A stretch of DNA of 64,000 nucleotides from an uncultured Candidatus Saccharibacteria bacterium (GCA_964512925.1 CAZEKH010000001.1:39445-103444); one strand, 5' to 3'. Positions 1 to 10,984 are shown, counted from the stretch's first letter. Numbers and translations: made by a program. Notes: generated from the letters alone by a model not told the origin.

Positions 1-339
1 AGACTTGATAATCACATTGTCCTTAGTCTGATACATATCTATATTCAACTGTCCTTCATAATCTGACATCCAGCCTTCTTCTTGCTGTTTTTCCTTAACA
101 ATACCAACCTCTTCCACAACCTCAACGTCCTGTTCATCGGCTTCATCTTCAACTGTCAATTCCTCAGCTTCCAATTCAGTCATTTTTTCAGGTTTTTTTG
201 ATTGTGAAACAGCTACAGGCTCTGCTTCATTTTCGTCTGTAATATTTCCGCCCATTATTTTCCCGAAAAAGGATGGTTTTTCTTTCTTTGGCATAGCAAT
301 ATAAATTGTTTAATCTATGTTTCAATCATATATTATTGC

Positions 340-1434
340 CTAAATTTCGTCAAACTGTTTCAAAAGAACCTTAGAAGGGCAAATTTCAGGGTATAAGATG
401 AGTCTTTTTGAAGCATTTAAAGAAAGGCTCTGCTTAAAAGCGCCTGTCTGAAGCTCATCTTTCATTATCTTAATAATGTCGGACGAACTTTCGAGCGCCA
501 AACCCCTTTTGGCTAAAAATTCTAAATTTATCTCCTCCCCGCCTGGCAGACAATGGGTGATAATCATAGGCAAGTCAAACCGCAAGGCCTCGGCAGTGGT
601 TAGGCCTCCTGGCTTGGTTAAAAAAATATCAGCTATGGCGTATAGTTTTTCCATTGGCGAAAAAAAAGCCAACGGCATAATATTTGCGCCGACATATTTC
701 ATTGCTAAAAATTTTCTATTTTCTTCATTTTTTCCGCACAACACCAAAACTTTTGTATTAATCCAATTTTTTAATTCCTCCAATATTTCAGAATTATTTT
801 CTAAGCCCATTGAGCCACTGCCTACTAAAATAACTTTTTCTTCAGGTTTAATGCTTAGATCTTCTCTAACTTTTTGCTTATCAACTAAAATTTGTGGCAT
901 CAGGGTCATACCGCAAATATATATTTTTTCCGGGGCAACTCCCAATTTTAGCATCTCCTGTTTTTGCTCCTCTATATTTGCCAGATAAAAATCCGCTTCT
1001 TTATAAACCCAATACGGGTGAAAATGGTAGTCAGAAAACGCAATGCCAAAAAGTTTTTTGTACTCGCCGCGTTTTTTCATCAACGCGATCAATGCTGATG
1101 CTGTTGCTTGTGTAGTAATGACACAATCCGGTTGATATTTTTCAATTTCCGCTTTTGCTCTCAGATAATTTTTTCCCGCAACTTTATACCTTAAAGGTAA
1201 AGTCAAACGGACAAACATTTTACTGTTATGTAAAAATCTCCAGACAAAAGGTATTTTCGTTAAAATAAAATGGTAAAGGCTTTTCCCAAAAGATACCAAC
1301 TTGCCCTTTTGAACTTCCAGCACATCTTTTAACAGCACCTCAAACCCTGCTTGCTTTAAATCAAAAGCAATATTCTCGGCAATAACCTTATGCCCAAGCC
1401 CAACTGAAGTATAAAATATTAAAACTTTTTTCAT
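340..1434 (-). CDS. Glycosyltransferase, GT28 MGDG-synthase/MurG-like family
   Basis: 364 aa. N-terminal MKKVLIFYTSVGLGHK glycine-rich motif and overall layout resemble the monogalactosyldiacylglycerol synthase / UgtP family. Start overlaps the stop of the upstream gene by 1 nt (TAATG). Confidence 0.55.
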   Translation of the reverse strand: MKKVLIFYTSVGLGHKVIAENIAFDLKQAGFEVLLKDVLEVQKGKLVSFGKSLYHFILTKIPFVWRFLHNSKMFVRLTLPLRYKVAGKNYLRAKAEIEKYQPDCVITTQATASALIALMKKRGEYKKLFGIAFSDYHFHPYWVYKEADFYLANIEEQKQEMLKLGVAPEKIYICGMTLMPQILVDKQKVREDLSIKPEEKVILVGSGSMGLENNSEILEELKNWINTKVLVLCGKNEENRKFLAMKYVGANIMPLAFFSPMEKLYAIADIFLTKPGGLTTAEALRFDLPMIITHCLPGGEEINLEFLAKRGLALESSSDIIKIMKDELQTGAFKQSLSLNASKRLILYPEICPSKVLLKQFDEI

Positions 1435-2081
1435 TAACTTTTTATCAGCGGCTTAATAACTTCAAAAGCTTTTGCAATATGATCATCCTCAAATACTAAA
1501 GACAACTCATTGCCCACTGAAATTACTTCATTGACCGGAACATTTTCCCAAGCTAAGGCTTTCAGTAGATTATAATACACCCCCGGTATTTTAATCGTAT
1601 TTTGGGAGAAACGCAAAATTATTACTGACTGCTGATCCAGCCTAAACAATAAATCGTCTTTTTGGCAATGCTTGTAAACCTCCAAAGCTCCCTCGCTACT
1701 GATAAAAAGCGTGGCCTCATTTTCGCCTTGAGCGGAAACCAAATACAAATCTTTCTTTATGCTCTGCAAAACCTGTTTTTGCAGCTGAAAATAATTTGTA
1801 TTCAGTTTAAAAACAAACTCGGTAATACCGGACTTCAAACTTAAAGAGACTGGCAATAAATTTTTGTTTTTCACGCCCAGATTATGCTTAGCCGGTTTTT
1901 TTAGTCTTTGCAAGGCCATTACAATAGCCCCGGTGCCAATTTTTTTATAGGCCAAAGCTTCAATCTTCGCCCTAATCTTCCTGGCTAAAGCAGTTTGATT
2001 AATAATCCCCAAATCCAAAGCCTCTTCCAGAAAAGGAGTGTCTTTCACTGCTTGTTTTACCAACGATGCTATGGTTTTCAT
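1434..2081 (-). CDS. Hypothetical protein, possible ACT-like regulatory domains
   Basis: 215 aa ORF translationally coupled to the downstream glycosyltransferase. C-terminal VPGVYYNLLKALAWENVPVNEVISVG segment is ACT-like. No confident family assignment. Confidence 0.3.
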   Translation of the reverse strand: MKTIASLVKQAVKDTPFLEEALDLGIINQTALARKIRAKIEALAYKKIGTGAIVMALQRLKKPAKHNLGVKNKNLLPVSLSLKSGITEFVFKLNTNYFQLQKQVLQSIKKDLYLVSAQGENEATLFISSEGALEVYKHCQKDDLLFRLDQQSVIILRFSQNTIKIPGVYYNLLKALAWENVPVNEVISVGNELSLVFEDDHIAKAFEVIKPLIKS

Positions 2082-2186
2082 AATGTTATATATATAACAC
2101 TTTTTGTTATTTTTGTAAAATTATAAAAATAAATTTACATCCCAAATATAATAAATTATCTTATGATGTCAGAAAAGGAGGGCCAA

Positions 2187-2363
2187 ATGAAACGCTCACA
2201 AAAGAAGATCATCTCTTTACGTGCGCTGTGCCAAGAGATGGAGACTCTTATTGGGCTGATAAACGATTATCAGCCCGGGTCATTGCTGTGGCTGGGCGGA
2301 GTAAAAAGACAGTTGGCGGCCATCCGCCGACTGATAAACCCCAACAAAAGACGGCGTCGATAA
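2187..2363 (+). CDS. Small basic hypothetical protein (58 aa from the ATG preceded by AGGAGG)
   Basis: ORF with AGGAGG RBS 7-8 nt upstream of ATG at 2187. Arg/Lys-rich C-terminus. Followed by a perfect 13-bp stem terminator at 2347-2381. Confidence 0.35.
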   Translation: MKRSQKKIISLRALCQEMETLIGLINDYQPGSLLWLGGVKRQLAAIRRLINPNKRRRR

Positions 2364-2387
2364 CGACGCCGTCTTTTCATTTATTCA

Positions 2388-3278
2388 CTAAATCCAATTA
2401 CTCAAAATTTTTGCCAATTCTTTTTCTTTACCCGAAAAACTATGGTCAGCGCCTTTAAGTAAAACATAATCAAGATTGGGTCTTAAAGCTTTGAGTTTTT
2501 CCAAAGCCTCAGCTGGCGGCCCTGAAGTGAATTCGTCGTTCTCCCCATAAACCACTAGACTGGGTTTATGCAGCTTTTTAAAATGTCTAAGCAAAGGCTT
2601 TTTAGAAAGCTTGGCTTTGCCAAAAAGTTCCAAAAAAGGAAATACATTATAATCCCCGTCAGGGTTTGCGATGTCATAAAAACCCTGGTAGGAAAAAACA
2701 AATCCCTGAGACATTTCCCCTATCAACTCTTCGCCTTTGCCTTTTTTAATTTTATTTTTACTTTCTAAAAGAAGCTTCCAAAACTTGTTTTTACCCAGCA
2801 TTTGGCAGTATATACCCACGTCATCTCCCCCGCACAACAACATATATCTGGATATTGGATTTTTTGGGCGATAATAATTATACACGCATATTTTATTTGC
2901 CCCAGTGGAATGTCCTGCTAAATAAAACTTTTTATAGCCTTGGGTTTTTAAAAAACCAATTGCCGCGTCAATGTCAAAAATGCATTCCTTGATTTTTTCA
3001 TACGCCATACCGTACAATTTTTTTTCTATTTTCTTGCCTTTTTTTACTTTGATCTTCTGTATAACTCCGGCTCCGCGGTTGTTAAAAAACAAACTTGTAA
3101 CATCTTTTTTAAAAAGCTCGCCCGCATATATTCCATTTTCTTCCTGTTTGTAAAACACCGAAGAGTTACCGTTGCCGTGAAGCCAAATGCAAACCGCTCC
3201 CTTTTTCTTTGCCTCATACAAAAGCCCAGGCAAGGTTAGCCCGTCTTTGGTTTGAAATTGTACAAATTTTGGATGCAT
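2388..3278 (-). CDS. Alpha/beta hydrolase fold protein
   Basis: 296 aa. GHSTG nucleophile elbow (GXSXG), HGNGNS oxyanion-region motif, C-terminal GADHSF. Confidence 0.6.
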   Translation of the reverse strand: MHPKFVQFQTKDGLTLPGLLYEAKKKGAVCIWLHGNGNSSVFYKQEENGIYAGELFKKDVTSLFFNNRGAGVIQKIKVKKGKKIEKKLYGMAYEKIKECIFDIDAAIGFLKTQGYKKFYLAGHSTGANKICVYNYYRPKNPISRYMLLCGGDDVGIYCQMLGKNKFWKLLLESKNKIKKGKGEELIGEMSQGFVFSYQGFYDIANPDGDYNVFPFLELFGKAKLSKKPLLRHFKKLHKPSLVVYGENDEFTSGPPAEALEKLKALRPNLDYVLLKGADHSFSGKEKELAKILSNWI

Positions 3279-3289
3279 AACTATTAGTT

Positions 3290-4036
3290 TTACGGTTGAT
3301 ATCTGATGCCCAATTCCGGGTAAAATGCCTTATTGCTGATAGCAAAAACTATTAAATTCACAACATCTTTCACGTCCAAAGAATTGCTTAAATCCCGATT
3401 GTTGCCAGCTGTTTTAAACAAGAGGGTTTTTATCATACCCGGGTATATGCCCATAACCTTAACCCCGCTGCCAGCCAATTCTTCCTGCATCCCTTTGGTA
3501 AATCCAGTGATAGCCCATTTGGAAGCCTGATACACAGCTCTTTCCGCTTTGGCATAAATTCCGGCCTGAGAAATTATATTTATAACCAAACCTTGTTTTT
3601 GTTTCTTCATATATGGCAACACGAGTTTTGTTAAAAGGATAGTACCCAAAGTATTTACCTCCAAAACATCGCGGATCTTTTTGGAATCATTATCTTCCAA
3701 CTTCCCTTGGATCCAAAGCCCAGCGTTGTTTATAAGCACATCTATTTTCTTAAACTTTTTCAAAGTTTGGATAATCACTTTTTTTAGCTGCTCTTCTTTA
3801 GTCACATCGCCAGGTAAAATCAAAAACTGTTCTTTCTTAAAGTCTTTCAAAAGTTCTGTTTCCAGGGCTTTGCATTTTTTTATATCCGGCGCAAAACCAC
3901 AAACCAAAAACCCCTGGGATAACAGTTCTTTTAAAGTCTCTTTTCCAATCCCGCTAGTTACCCCGCTGATCAAGACAACTTTGGTTTTTTCTTTTGTTTG
4001 CATAGAATTTAAATGTATTAAAATTAGTTCAATCAA
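3290..4036 (-). CDS. SDR family NAD(P)-dependent oxidoreductase
   Basis: VVLISGVTSGIGKE (TGxxxGxG) cofactor motif and YQASK (YxxxK) catalytic motif. Confidence 0.8.
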   Translation of the reverse strand: MIELILIHLNSMQTKEKTKVVLISGVTSGIGKETLKELLSQGFLVCGFAPDIKKCKALETELLKDFKKEQFLILPGDVTKEEQLKKVIIQTLKKFKKIDVLINNAGLWIQGKLEDNDSKKIRDVLEVNTLGTILLTKLVLPYMKKQKQGLVINIISQAGIYAKAERAVYQASKWAITGFTKGMQEELAGSGVKVMGIYPGMIKTLLFKTAGNNRDLSNSLDVKDVVNLIVFAISNKAFYPELGIRYQP

Positions 4037-4466
4037 CTATTGATTTACTCATCCCTTTGATCTCTAATTTTAACCTTACTAATTTTCCTTTTCTTTTTAC
4101 AATATTTTTATAATCCCACTGGATTTCTTTAGCCTTTTTTAACCATTTTTTAAGCTCACTAATTTTTATTTCGCTCACATCCTTATAAAATATTTCAGCA
4201 GCTTTAAATTTTCCTTCTGGGATCAAATCTTCTTCTTGAAATGTCTGGCCGCTAAAAAACATCAGGGAAACTCTCTCATCTTTTCTGACTGAGTAAGAAA
4301 CCACAGGATTTCCGTCCAAAAACCAAACGGGTGAACCGTGCCATATCTTTGACTCAGACTCTTTAAGCGCATTGCCAATTTCCAATCTTAGCAATTCACA
4401 AATTTTTTTATTATTCTTTGTCTGCGCAGTGTTGTAAGCTTTTATGGTTTCATACAGCTTTTTCAT
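4029..4466 (-). CDS. DUF1801 (YdhG-like) domain protein
   Basis: 145 aa. Pattern WHGSPVWFLDGNPVVSYSVRKDERVSLMFF resembles the DUF1801 family. Overlaps the SDR gene by 8 nt. Confidence 0.4.
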   Translation of the reverse strand: MKKLYETIKAYNTAQTKNNKKICELLRLEIGNALKESESKIWHGSPVWFLDGNPVVSYSVRKDERVSLMFFSGQTFQEEDLIPEGKFKAAEIFYKDVSEIKISELKKWLKKAKEIQWDYKNIVKRKGKLVRLKLEIKGMSKSIVD

Positions 4467-4471
4467 AAAAA

Positions 4472-4909
4472 TTATTTAGTCTGATTATATCTTGGATCAA
4501 AATCTACCATCCATTCAATTCCATATTTGTCTCTAAACATACCAAAGTACGAACCCCAAGGACTGTCGCCTAAAGGAAATTCAACAGACCCGCTGGCTGA
4601 AAGTCCGTTGAACAATCTCTCGGCTTCTTCTTTACTTTCTGCGCTTATAGAAATTTTACTTCTGTTTTCGTTTTCGCTTACTTTTCCCATACTTTCTGGG
4701 ATGTCATTGCCCATTAAGATGTTTTTGCCGATAGGCAAAGCAATGAGCATTATTTTATTTGCCTCGTTTTCTGCCACAGGGAATTCGGAACTGGCAAGGT
4801 CTTTGAGGCGCATAACTTTTACAAACTCCCCACCAAAAACTGATTTGTAAAAGTTAAATGCTTCTTCAGCATTCCCGTTGAAATTTATATGCGGATTGAT
4901 TGTTGCCAT
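4472..4909 (-). CDS. VOC-family / PhnB-like protein (3-demethylubiquinone-9 3-methyltransferase domain fold)
   Basis: N-terminus MATINPHINFNGNAEEAFNFYKSVFGGEF is characteristic of the PhnB-like glyoxalase-fold family. Confidence 0.6.
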   Translation of the reverse strand: MATINPHINFNGNAEEAFNFYKSVFGGEFVKVMRLKDLASSEFPVAENEANKIMLIALPIGKNILMGNDIPESMGKVSENENRSKISISAESKEEAERLFNGLSASGSVEFPLGDSPWGSYFGMFRDKYGIEWMVDFDPRYNQTK

Positions 4910-4953
4910 AGTTTTTATTGTTAATGTTAATAATTTTTACTTCATCTAAATTC

Positions 4954-5044
4954 TGGCGGAGAGGGAGGGATTCGAACCCTCGAGCCCCTTGCGGAGCAAC
5001 CGGTTTTCGAGACCAGCGCACTAGACCACTATGCGACCTCTCCA
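4954..5044 (-). tRNA. tRNA-Ser (anticodon CGA), long variable arm
   Basis: Reverse complement GGAGAGGTCGCATAGTGGTCTAGTGCGCTGGTCTCGAAAACCGG...GGGTTCGAATCCCTCCCTCTCCGCCA. Anticodon loop CTCGAAA. Long extra arm. CCA encoded. Confidence 0.8.
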
Positions 5045-5244
5045 TACTTTTATTTACAAATAGATTCCCGCTTTCGCGGGAATGACAGCAAGTAAATATA
5101 TTATAAACAAAAACCCGATGCTTGTCAGCTGTTTTTCAAAACAAAAATTTAAAAAGATTCCTGTCAACTATGACACAATTGTGTTACGTTTGACAGGAAG
5201 CTTTTTATAAAAAATTATTTAGTCTGCCACATTAAAAACAAAAG

Positions 5245-5277
5245 AAGGGCGCCCTCTCATGCAAGAGGGTGCCCTTT
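5245..5277 (-). terminator. Rho-independent terminator for the murF-alr-ddl operon and the zinc-ribbon gene
   Basis: AAGGGCGCCCTC-loop-GAGGGTGCCCTT hairpin, with a T-run on the minus strand following it. Confidence 0.6.
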
Positions 5278-5293
5278 CTTAATTTAAATTAAG

Positions 5294-5548
5294 TTATTTC
5301 TTTTTCCATCTTGGGGCAAAGCCGGCCATAAACGCAAACAGGTGGGCTTTCAGCTTGCTTTCCCCGCGTGCGACTATGGCATCTACCATAGCTTTTTTAA
5401 AACCTTTCAGGTCATCGCCCTGGTAACAGAGCTCACCTCCAGAATAACAGTACGAACAATATTTTTCATTTTCCCTATTTGCGCCTTTTGGATCTTTTTT
5501 AAAAGGCATAAGGCAACTTTGGCAATTTCCTTCCAATGTATATTGCAT
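5294..5548 (-). CDS. Zinc-ribbon domain small protein
   Basis: 84 aa with CxxC...CxxC pairs (CQSC, CSYC). Last gene of the murF operon. Confidence 0.45.
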   Translation of the reverse strand: MQYTLEGNCQSCLMPFKKDPKGANRENEKYCSYCYSGGELCYQGDDLKGFKKAMVDAIVARGESKLKAHLFAFMAGFAPRWKKK

Positions 5549-5574
5549 GGTTATTGGTTATAAATTATTAGTTA

Positions 5575-6765
5575 TTATTTTTTCAGCTTGCTTCCCTTAC
5601 TTCCTCCCAAATTTTTCAGCACGCTGGATTCAAAGGTGTAGTTTATGCTTCTTTTGAGTTTATATTCTTCTTCCGCAAAAGCTATAAGCTTTTTTAAAAG
5701 CTCTGGCAGCTCAAGGCCCGAAGCTTTCCATAAGTGATGGTAAAGCGTTCCCGGAAGCGGGTTTATTTCGTTGGCAAAAAACTCTTTAGTTACTTTGTTG
5801 TACAAAAAGTCCACGCGCGCTATACCGCTGCATTCAACCGCTTTGTAAACCTCTTTTGCTGCTTCTTGGATTTTTTTTGTTATATCTTCCGGAAGACGCG
5901 CGGGTATGACCAGGCTATTTTGGGCTTTACCGGTTTGCCCTCCCCCGTCAGTAATGTATTTGTCTTCAAAATCAAACAGGTCTTTGGAAAATACCGACTC
6001 TTGCAAAAGCGAAGCAGTCAGCGTTTCGTTACCTATCACGCAGCAAGTTACGTCCATAAGGTTTTCCACCACCTCCTCTACAATAACTTTGTTGTCATAA
6101 AAAAAGGCCACTTCGAGTTTCTGCTCTAGCTCTTTCTCATCCTTGGCTTTTCCAATGCCGATGGACGAGCCAAGATGGACCGGCTTAACCATCGCAGGAA
6201 AATTTACTGATTTACTGATTCTCTGATTTACTGATTCTCTATTCTTCTCCCAATCTGATTTACTGAAAAACACATACTTCGTCGTAGGGATACCGGCTTT
6301 TTCAACCATGATCTTTGTCAGAGCTTTGTCCATAGAAATAGCGGACGCAGGAACGCCGCAACCAACATACGGAATTCCAAACATTTCAAAAAGCCCTTGC
6401 AAAGTGCCGTCTTCCCCATATGTACCGTGCATAGCCGGAAAAGCCAGATCTATAACAGTTTCTTTACCAAATAACCCTTTTTTCTTAAACACCATCTTCC
6501 CCACTGACTCCTGCATATCTAAGTAGTATTCGCAGAATTCATTTTGGGCTCTCTCCCCAAGTTTGGGGAGAGCTGGAGAGAGGTTGTTAGTTAAAAATTT
6601 CAAATCCCCCAACTCCTCGCCCAACATCCATTGGCCTTGCTTGGTTATGTAAACCGGTACAACTTTATGATTTAAAGCTTTCAGCCCGTTGATCACCAAA
6701 TTTCCGGTAATGATGGAAATATCATGCTCCACCGAGCCTGAGCCAAAAAATACTCCGATTGTCAT
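5575..6765 (-). CDS. ddl: D-alanine--D-alanine ligase
   Basis: MTIGVFFGSGSVEHDISIITG N-terminus, ATP-grasp layout, VKPVHLGSSIGIGKA motif. Contains an internal GC-rich palindrome and a period-8 tandem repeat. Confidence 0.9.
   Translation of the reverse strand: MTIGVFFGSGSVEHDISIITGNLVINGLKALNHKVVPVYITKQGQWMLGEELGDLKFLTNNLSPALPKLGERAQNEFCEYYLDMQESVGKMVFKKKGLFGKETVIDLAFPAMHGTYGEDGTLQGLFEMFGIPYVGCGVPASAISMDKALTKIMVEKAGIPTTKYVFFSKSDWEKNRESVNQRISKSVNFPAMVKPVHLGSSIGIGKAKDEKELEQKLEVAFFYDNKVIVEEVVENLMDVTCCVIGNETLTASLLQESVFSKDLFDFEDKYITDGGGQTGKAQNSLVIPARLPEDITKKIQEAAKEVYKAVECSGIARVDFLYNKVTKEFFANEINPLPGTLYHHLWKASGLELPELLKKLIAFAEEEYKLKRSINYTFESSVLKNLGGSKGSKLKK
6203..6262. repeat. Period-8 tandem repeat (TTTACTGA / TTCTCTGA units) inside ddl
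   Basis: tttactgatttactgattctctgatttactgattctct...gatttactga. Encodes SVNQRISKSVN. Confidence 0.6.
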
Positions 6766-6794
6766 AGATAATAAAAGTTTATTATTTAAATTTT

Positions 6795-7952
6795 TTACAA
6801 AACCACACGTTTTAAATATTGCGGAATCCTGATTGGAACACCATACCTGTTTGTCTCACAAATTTTAACAATATTTTCAATTGAGTTTAAATCTTCGTTT
6901 TTTGAACTGATTATCTGCACAGGATCTTCCAGCTCTACTTTTTTCAACATACTAACATCCACTGAACACATATTCATACTCACCTTGCCCACAATCGGAC
7001 AAAAGATTCCGCCGATCTTAAAAAAACCTTTGTTTGAAAGCCTGACATCAAGACCCTCGTTATAACCAACGGGTACAGTTGCCACTGTTGTTTTTTGTAA
7101 CACCTCGTAAGTATTATTGTAACCTATTTTTTCTCCAGGCAAAACTGTTTTAACAGAGGTAATAATTGAATACATTTCCAAAGCTGGTTTTAACTTAAGC
7201 TGGCTGAACTGAGATGTGTTAAAACCATACAGCCCAATCCCCAACCGTCCTACATTTGCATTTATATCGGGAAGAAAAAAAGCGCCAGCAGTATTTGAAG
7301 TATGAAAATATTTTACCTTGCTAAATTTATTTTTTATTTCGGAAACAACTCTGCCCCATTTCTGTATTTGTAATTTTGTGAAGACATCACTCTCCCCGTC
7401 CGCATCGGCAAAGTGACTGCACAAACCTTCTAAGATAAAATTTTTATTACTTTGAATTATTTGAGCCGCTTCAGCAATTTGATTTTCCAAAATTCCCTGC
7501 CTGTGCATCCCAGTATCTACTTTCAAATGAAAATAAATTTTTCTTTTTAAATTTGCATTTAAATTTTGTATTTGTTTCAAATCAATTAAAGCGTAACTAA
7601 CATTTTCCAAATTCGAATTAATTTGCTCCACAGTTGCGTAACCCAAAACCAAAATTTTGGTTTTTGTTCCTTCTCGCCTTAACACCAAGGCTTCGTAAAA
7701 ACTGTCTACGACAAAAAATGGACAACCTTCATCGTCTAAAATTTTTCCTACTTCTTTCAAGCCGTGGCCATAGGCGTTACTTTTTAAAACCGGAGCAAAA
7801 GAAACCTTTGGGTAAGCACTTCTAAAAATTTCCAGGTTGTGCAAAATCGCATCTTTAAAAATCCGTACTTCTATGAGCGGCTGGTAATCATTTCTGAACA
7901 ACTTTGATATTTGATTCGCCGACTGACGAATAAATTTTGATATATAGAGCAT
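6795..7952 (-). CDS. alr: Alanine racemase
   Basis: PLP-binding motif VLKSNAYGHG near the N-terminus. 385 aa. Located between murF and ddl. Confidence 0.9.
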   Translation of the reverse strand: MLYISKFIRQSANQISKLFRNDYQPLIEVRIFKDAILHNLEIFRSAYPKVSFAPVLKSNAYGHGLKEVGKILDDEGCPFFVVDSFYEALVLRREGTKTKILVLGYATVEQINSNLENVSYALIDLKQIQNLNANLKRKIYFHLKVDTGMHRQGILENQIAEAAQIIQSNKNFILEGLCSHFADADGESDVFTKLQIQKWGRVVSEIKNKFSKVKYFHTSNTAGAFFLPDINANVGRLGIGLYGFNTSQFSQLKLKPALEMYSIITSVKTVLPGEKIGYNNTYEVLQKTTVATVPVGYNEGLDVRLSNKGFFKIGGIFCPIVGKVSMNMCSVDVSMLKKVELEDPVQIISSKNEDLNSIENIVKICETNRYGVPIRIPQYLKRVVL

Positions 7953-7969
7953 TCTACCTCTCCCTTAAT

Positions 7970-7991
7970 CCCTCCCCTCTCAAGGGGAGGG
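7970..7991. promoter_or_regulatory. Family-A palindrome CCCTCCCCTCTCAAGGGGAGGG (SD-containing hairpin) upstream of the alr start
   Basis: Perfect pyrimidine/purine hairpin. On the minus strand its purine arm plus AAGGGAGAGG lies 7-17 nt before the alr ATG. Confidence 0.5.
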
Positions 7992-8062
7992 TATGGGTGG
8001 GCTTTAAATCTTTAAATTCTCGCAAAGTGAGATCACGCTCTGCGTGACATTAAATCTTAAAT

Positions 8063-9544
<1,482 letters not shown>

Positions 9545-9554
9545 ATTTTTTTAT

Positions 9555-9595
9555 CCCCTCCTTTCTAAGGAGGGGTGTCCCGATCTGATCGGGAC
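9555..9595. promoter_or_regulatory. Two adjacent palindromes (CCCCTCCTTTCTAAGGAGGGG and GTCCCGATCTGATCGGGAC) in the murF 5' leader
   Basis: On the minus strand, AGGAGGGG lies 10 nt upstream of the murF ATG. Family-A hairpin. Confidence 0.5.
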
Positions 9596-9610
9596 GGGGT
9601 GGTTAAAGCC

Positions 9611-9958
9611 TCACAAATTTTTCTTTATCTCTTGAATCACACCTTCTAGATTAATTATTACATACTGGCTCTTTAACCTTAAAACTTTTATGCCGACTGA
9701 ATGCAAAAACTCATCCTTTTCTCTATCTTTCTTAAATTTGTCCGAACTATTGTGACTTGCCCCATCGAGCTCTACAGCCAACTTTATCTCAGGACAATAA
9801 AAATCCAAAATATAATCCCCAACACTGTGTTGTCTCCTAAATTTTCTTCCCAAATTTTTACTTTTTAAACAATTCCACAAACGGGCTTCGGCTGGTGTTA
9901 GGGATTTTCTTAATTTTTTTCTAATGTCTTTTAATTCCGGCTTATTATTTAAAAGCAT
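9611..9958 (-). CDS. DUF559 endonuclease-domain protein (Vsr-like fold)
   Basis: 115 aa. LTPAEARLWNCLK...FRRQHSVGDYILDFYCPEIKLAVELDG is typical of DUF559. Confidence 0.75.
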   Translation of the reverse strand: MLLNNKPELKDIRKKLRKSLTPAEARLWNCLKSKNLGRKFRRQHSVGDYILDFYCPEIKLAVELDGASHNSSDKFKKDREKDEFLHSVGIKVLRLKSQYVIINLEGVIQEIKKNL

Positions 9959-9994
9959 AAAACAACCACTCCACCCTGTCGGGTCCCCCTCTTC

Positions 9995-10795
9995 TTACAA
10001 AGGAGAGGATAAAAATTCCTTTAAAGTCTTTACAAACTCCTCTGGTTGGTCTAAGAAACTAAAATGCCCTGAGTTCTGAAGAATTTTGAATTTTGAATTT
10101 TGAATTAAGGAATGCATTTTTTCACCAAACTCAACCGGGGTGTCTTTGTCGTTCTCACCCCAAACCAACAGTGTAGGAATTTTTATTTGTTTTAAGTCCT
10201 CGGTTAAATCTTCCTGTGTTACATTTATAAAAGTTTCCCGAAGTTCCGGCGTTGCCAAATAGTCTTCTGCTCCAATCGTCTTATAAATACTCTTCCGTAA
10301 ACCCTGCATAAATTTTGGTTTAAAAACAGGTCTTGCTATTTTTGCAACAAAACCATAAACACTTTTTTTTGATCCACTCACAGCAAATCCCGCTGCATCT
10401 ACCAAAACCAGTTTTGTCAGCCTTCCGCGTAATTCCGCGTTACCTTCTGCATAAGTCCGCGTTGTTTTAATAGCCACTCTCCCCCCAAAACTATGCCCCA
10501 CCAACACAACATTTTTAAGTTCTAACTTTTCTAAAAAACCTTTTACTAATTCTGCATAATCCCCCACTGTCCAAGAAGTCTTTGGCGCAGGCGAACCACC
10601 AAATCCAGGAAGGTCAACAGTGTAACAACTGATTTGCTGATTGACTGATGCACTGATTAACACACTAGCTATCCGAGCCCACACTTCTTTATTGCTCCTC
10701 CAGCCATGCAAAAACACAACAGACACTTCACTATCCCCTGTTCCAAATTGTTTATATGATAATAAATTTTTTTCCACCACAATTTGCTGATTCAT
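9995..10795 (-). CDS. Alpha/beta hydrolase
   Basis: VVLVGHSFGGRVA nucleophile elbow, FLHGW oxyanion region. 266 aa. Contains in-frame period-8 and period-7 DNA repeats. Confidence 0.7.
   Translation of the reverse strand: MNQQIVVEKNLLSYKQFGTGDSEVSVVFLHGWRSNKEVWARIASVLISASVNQQISCYTVDLPGFGGSPAPKTSWTVGDYAELVKGFLEKLELKNVVLVGHSFGGRVAIKTTRTYAEGNAELRGRLTKLVLVDAAGFAVSGSKKSVYGFVAKIARPVFKPKFMQGLRKSIYKTIGAEDYLATPELRETFINVTQEDLTEDLKQIKIPTLLVWGENDKDTPVEFGEKMHSLIQNSKFKILQNSGHFSFLDQPEEFVKTLKEFLSSPL
10629..10658. repeat. Period-8 CTGATT-based repeat inside the alpha/beta hydrolase gene
   Basis: ctgatttgctgattgactgatgcactgatt. Encodes SASVNQQIS. Confidence 0.5.
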
Positions 10796-10832
10796 ACTTA
10801 TATATTAACATTCATTGAGAAATCATTAAACC

Positions 10833-10873
10833 CCAACAAAAACACATAACATTATGTTATGTGTTTTTGTTGG
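10833..10873 (-). terminator. Long perfect hairpin terminator abutting the 3' end of tRNA-Pro
   Basis: CCAACAAAAACACATAAC-ATTAT-GTTATGTGTTTTTGTTGG. Confidence 0.55.
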
Positions 10874-10945
10874 TCGGGATGCTGGGAATTGAACCCAGTC
10901 TACACGCACCCGAAGCGTGCGTACGACCGGCATACTCCATCCCGA
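10874..10945 (-). tRNA. tRNA-Pro (anticodon CGG)
   Basis: Reverse complement CGGGATGGAGTATGCCGGTCGTACGCACGCTTCGGGTGCGTG...GGGTTCAATTCCCAGCATCCCGA. Anticodon loop TTCGGGT. Confidence 0.7.
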
Positions 10946-10984
10946 TAGAGAATATTATAACCAAATTTGCCAAATAAATACAGG

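Noticed and set aside
476-1115. Plus-strand ORFs inside the glycosyltransferase gene
   Set aside because: Antisense to a well-supported gene. Low-complexity translation.
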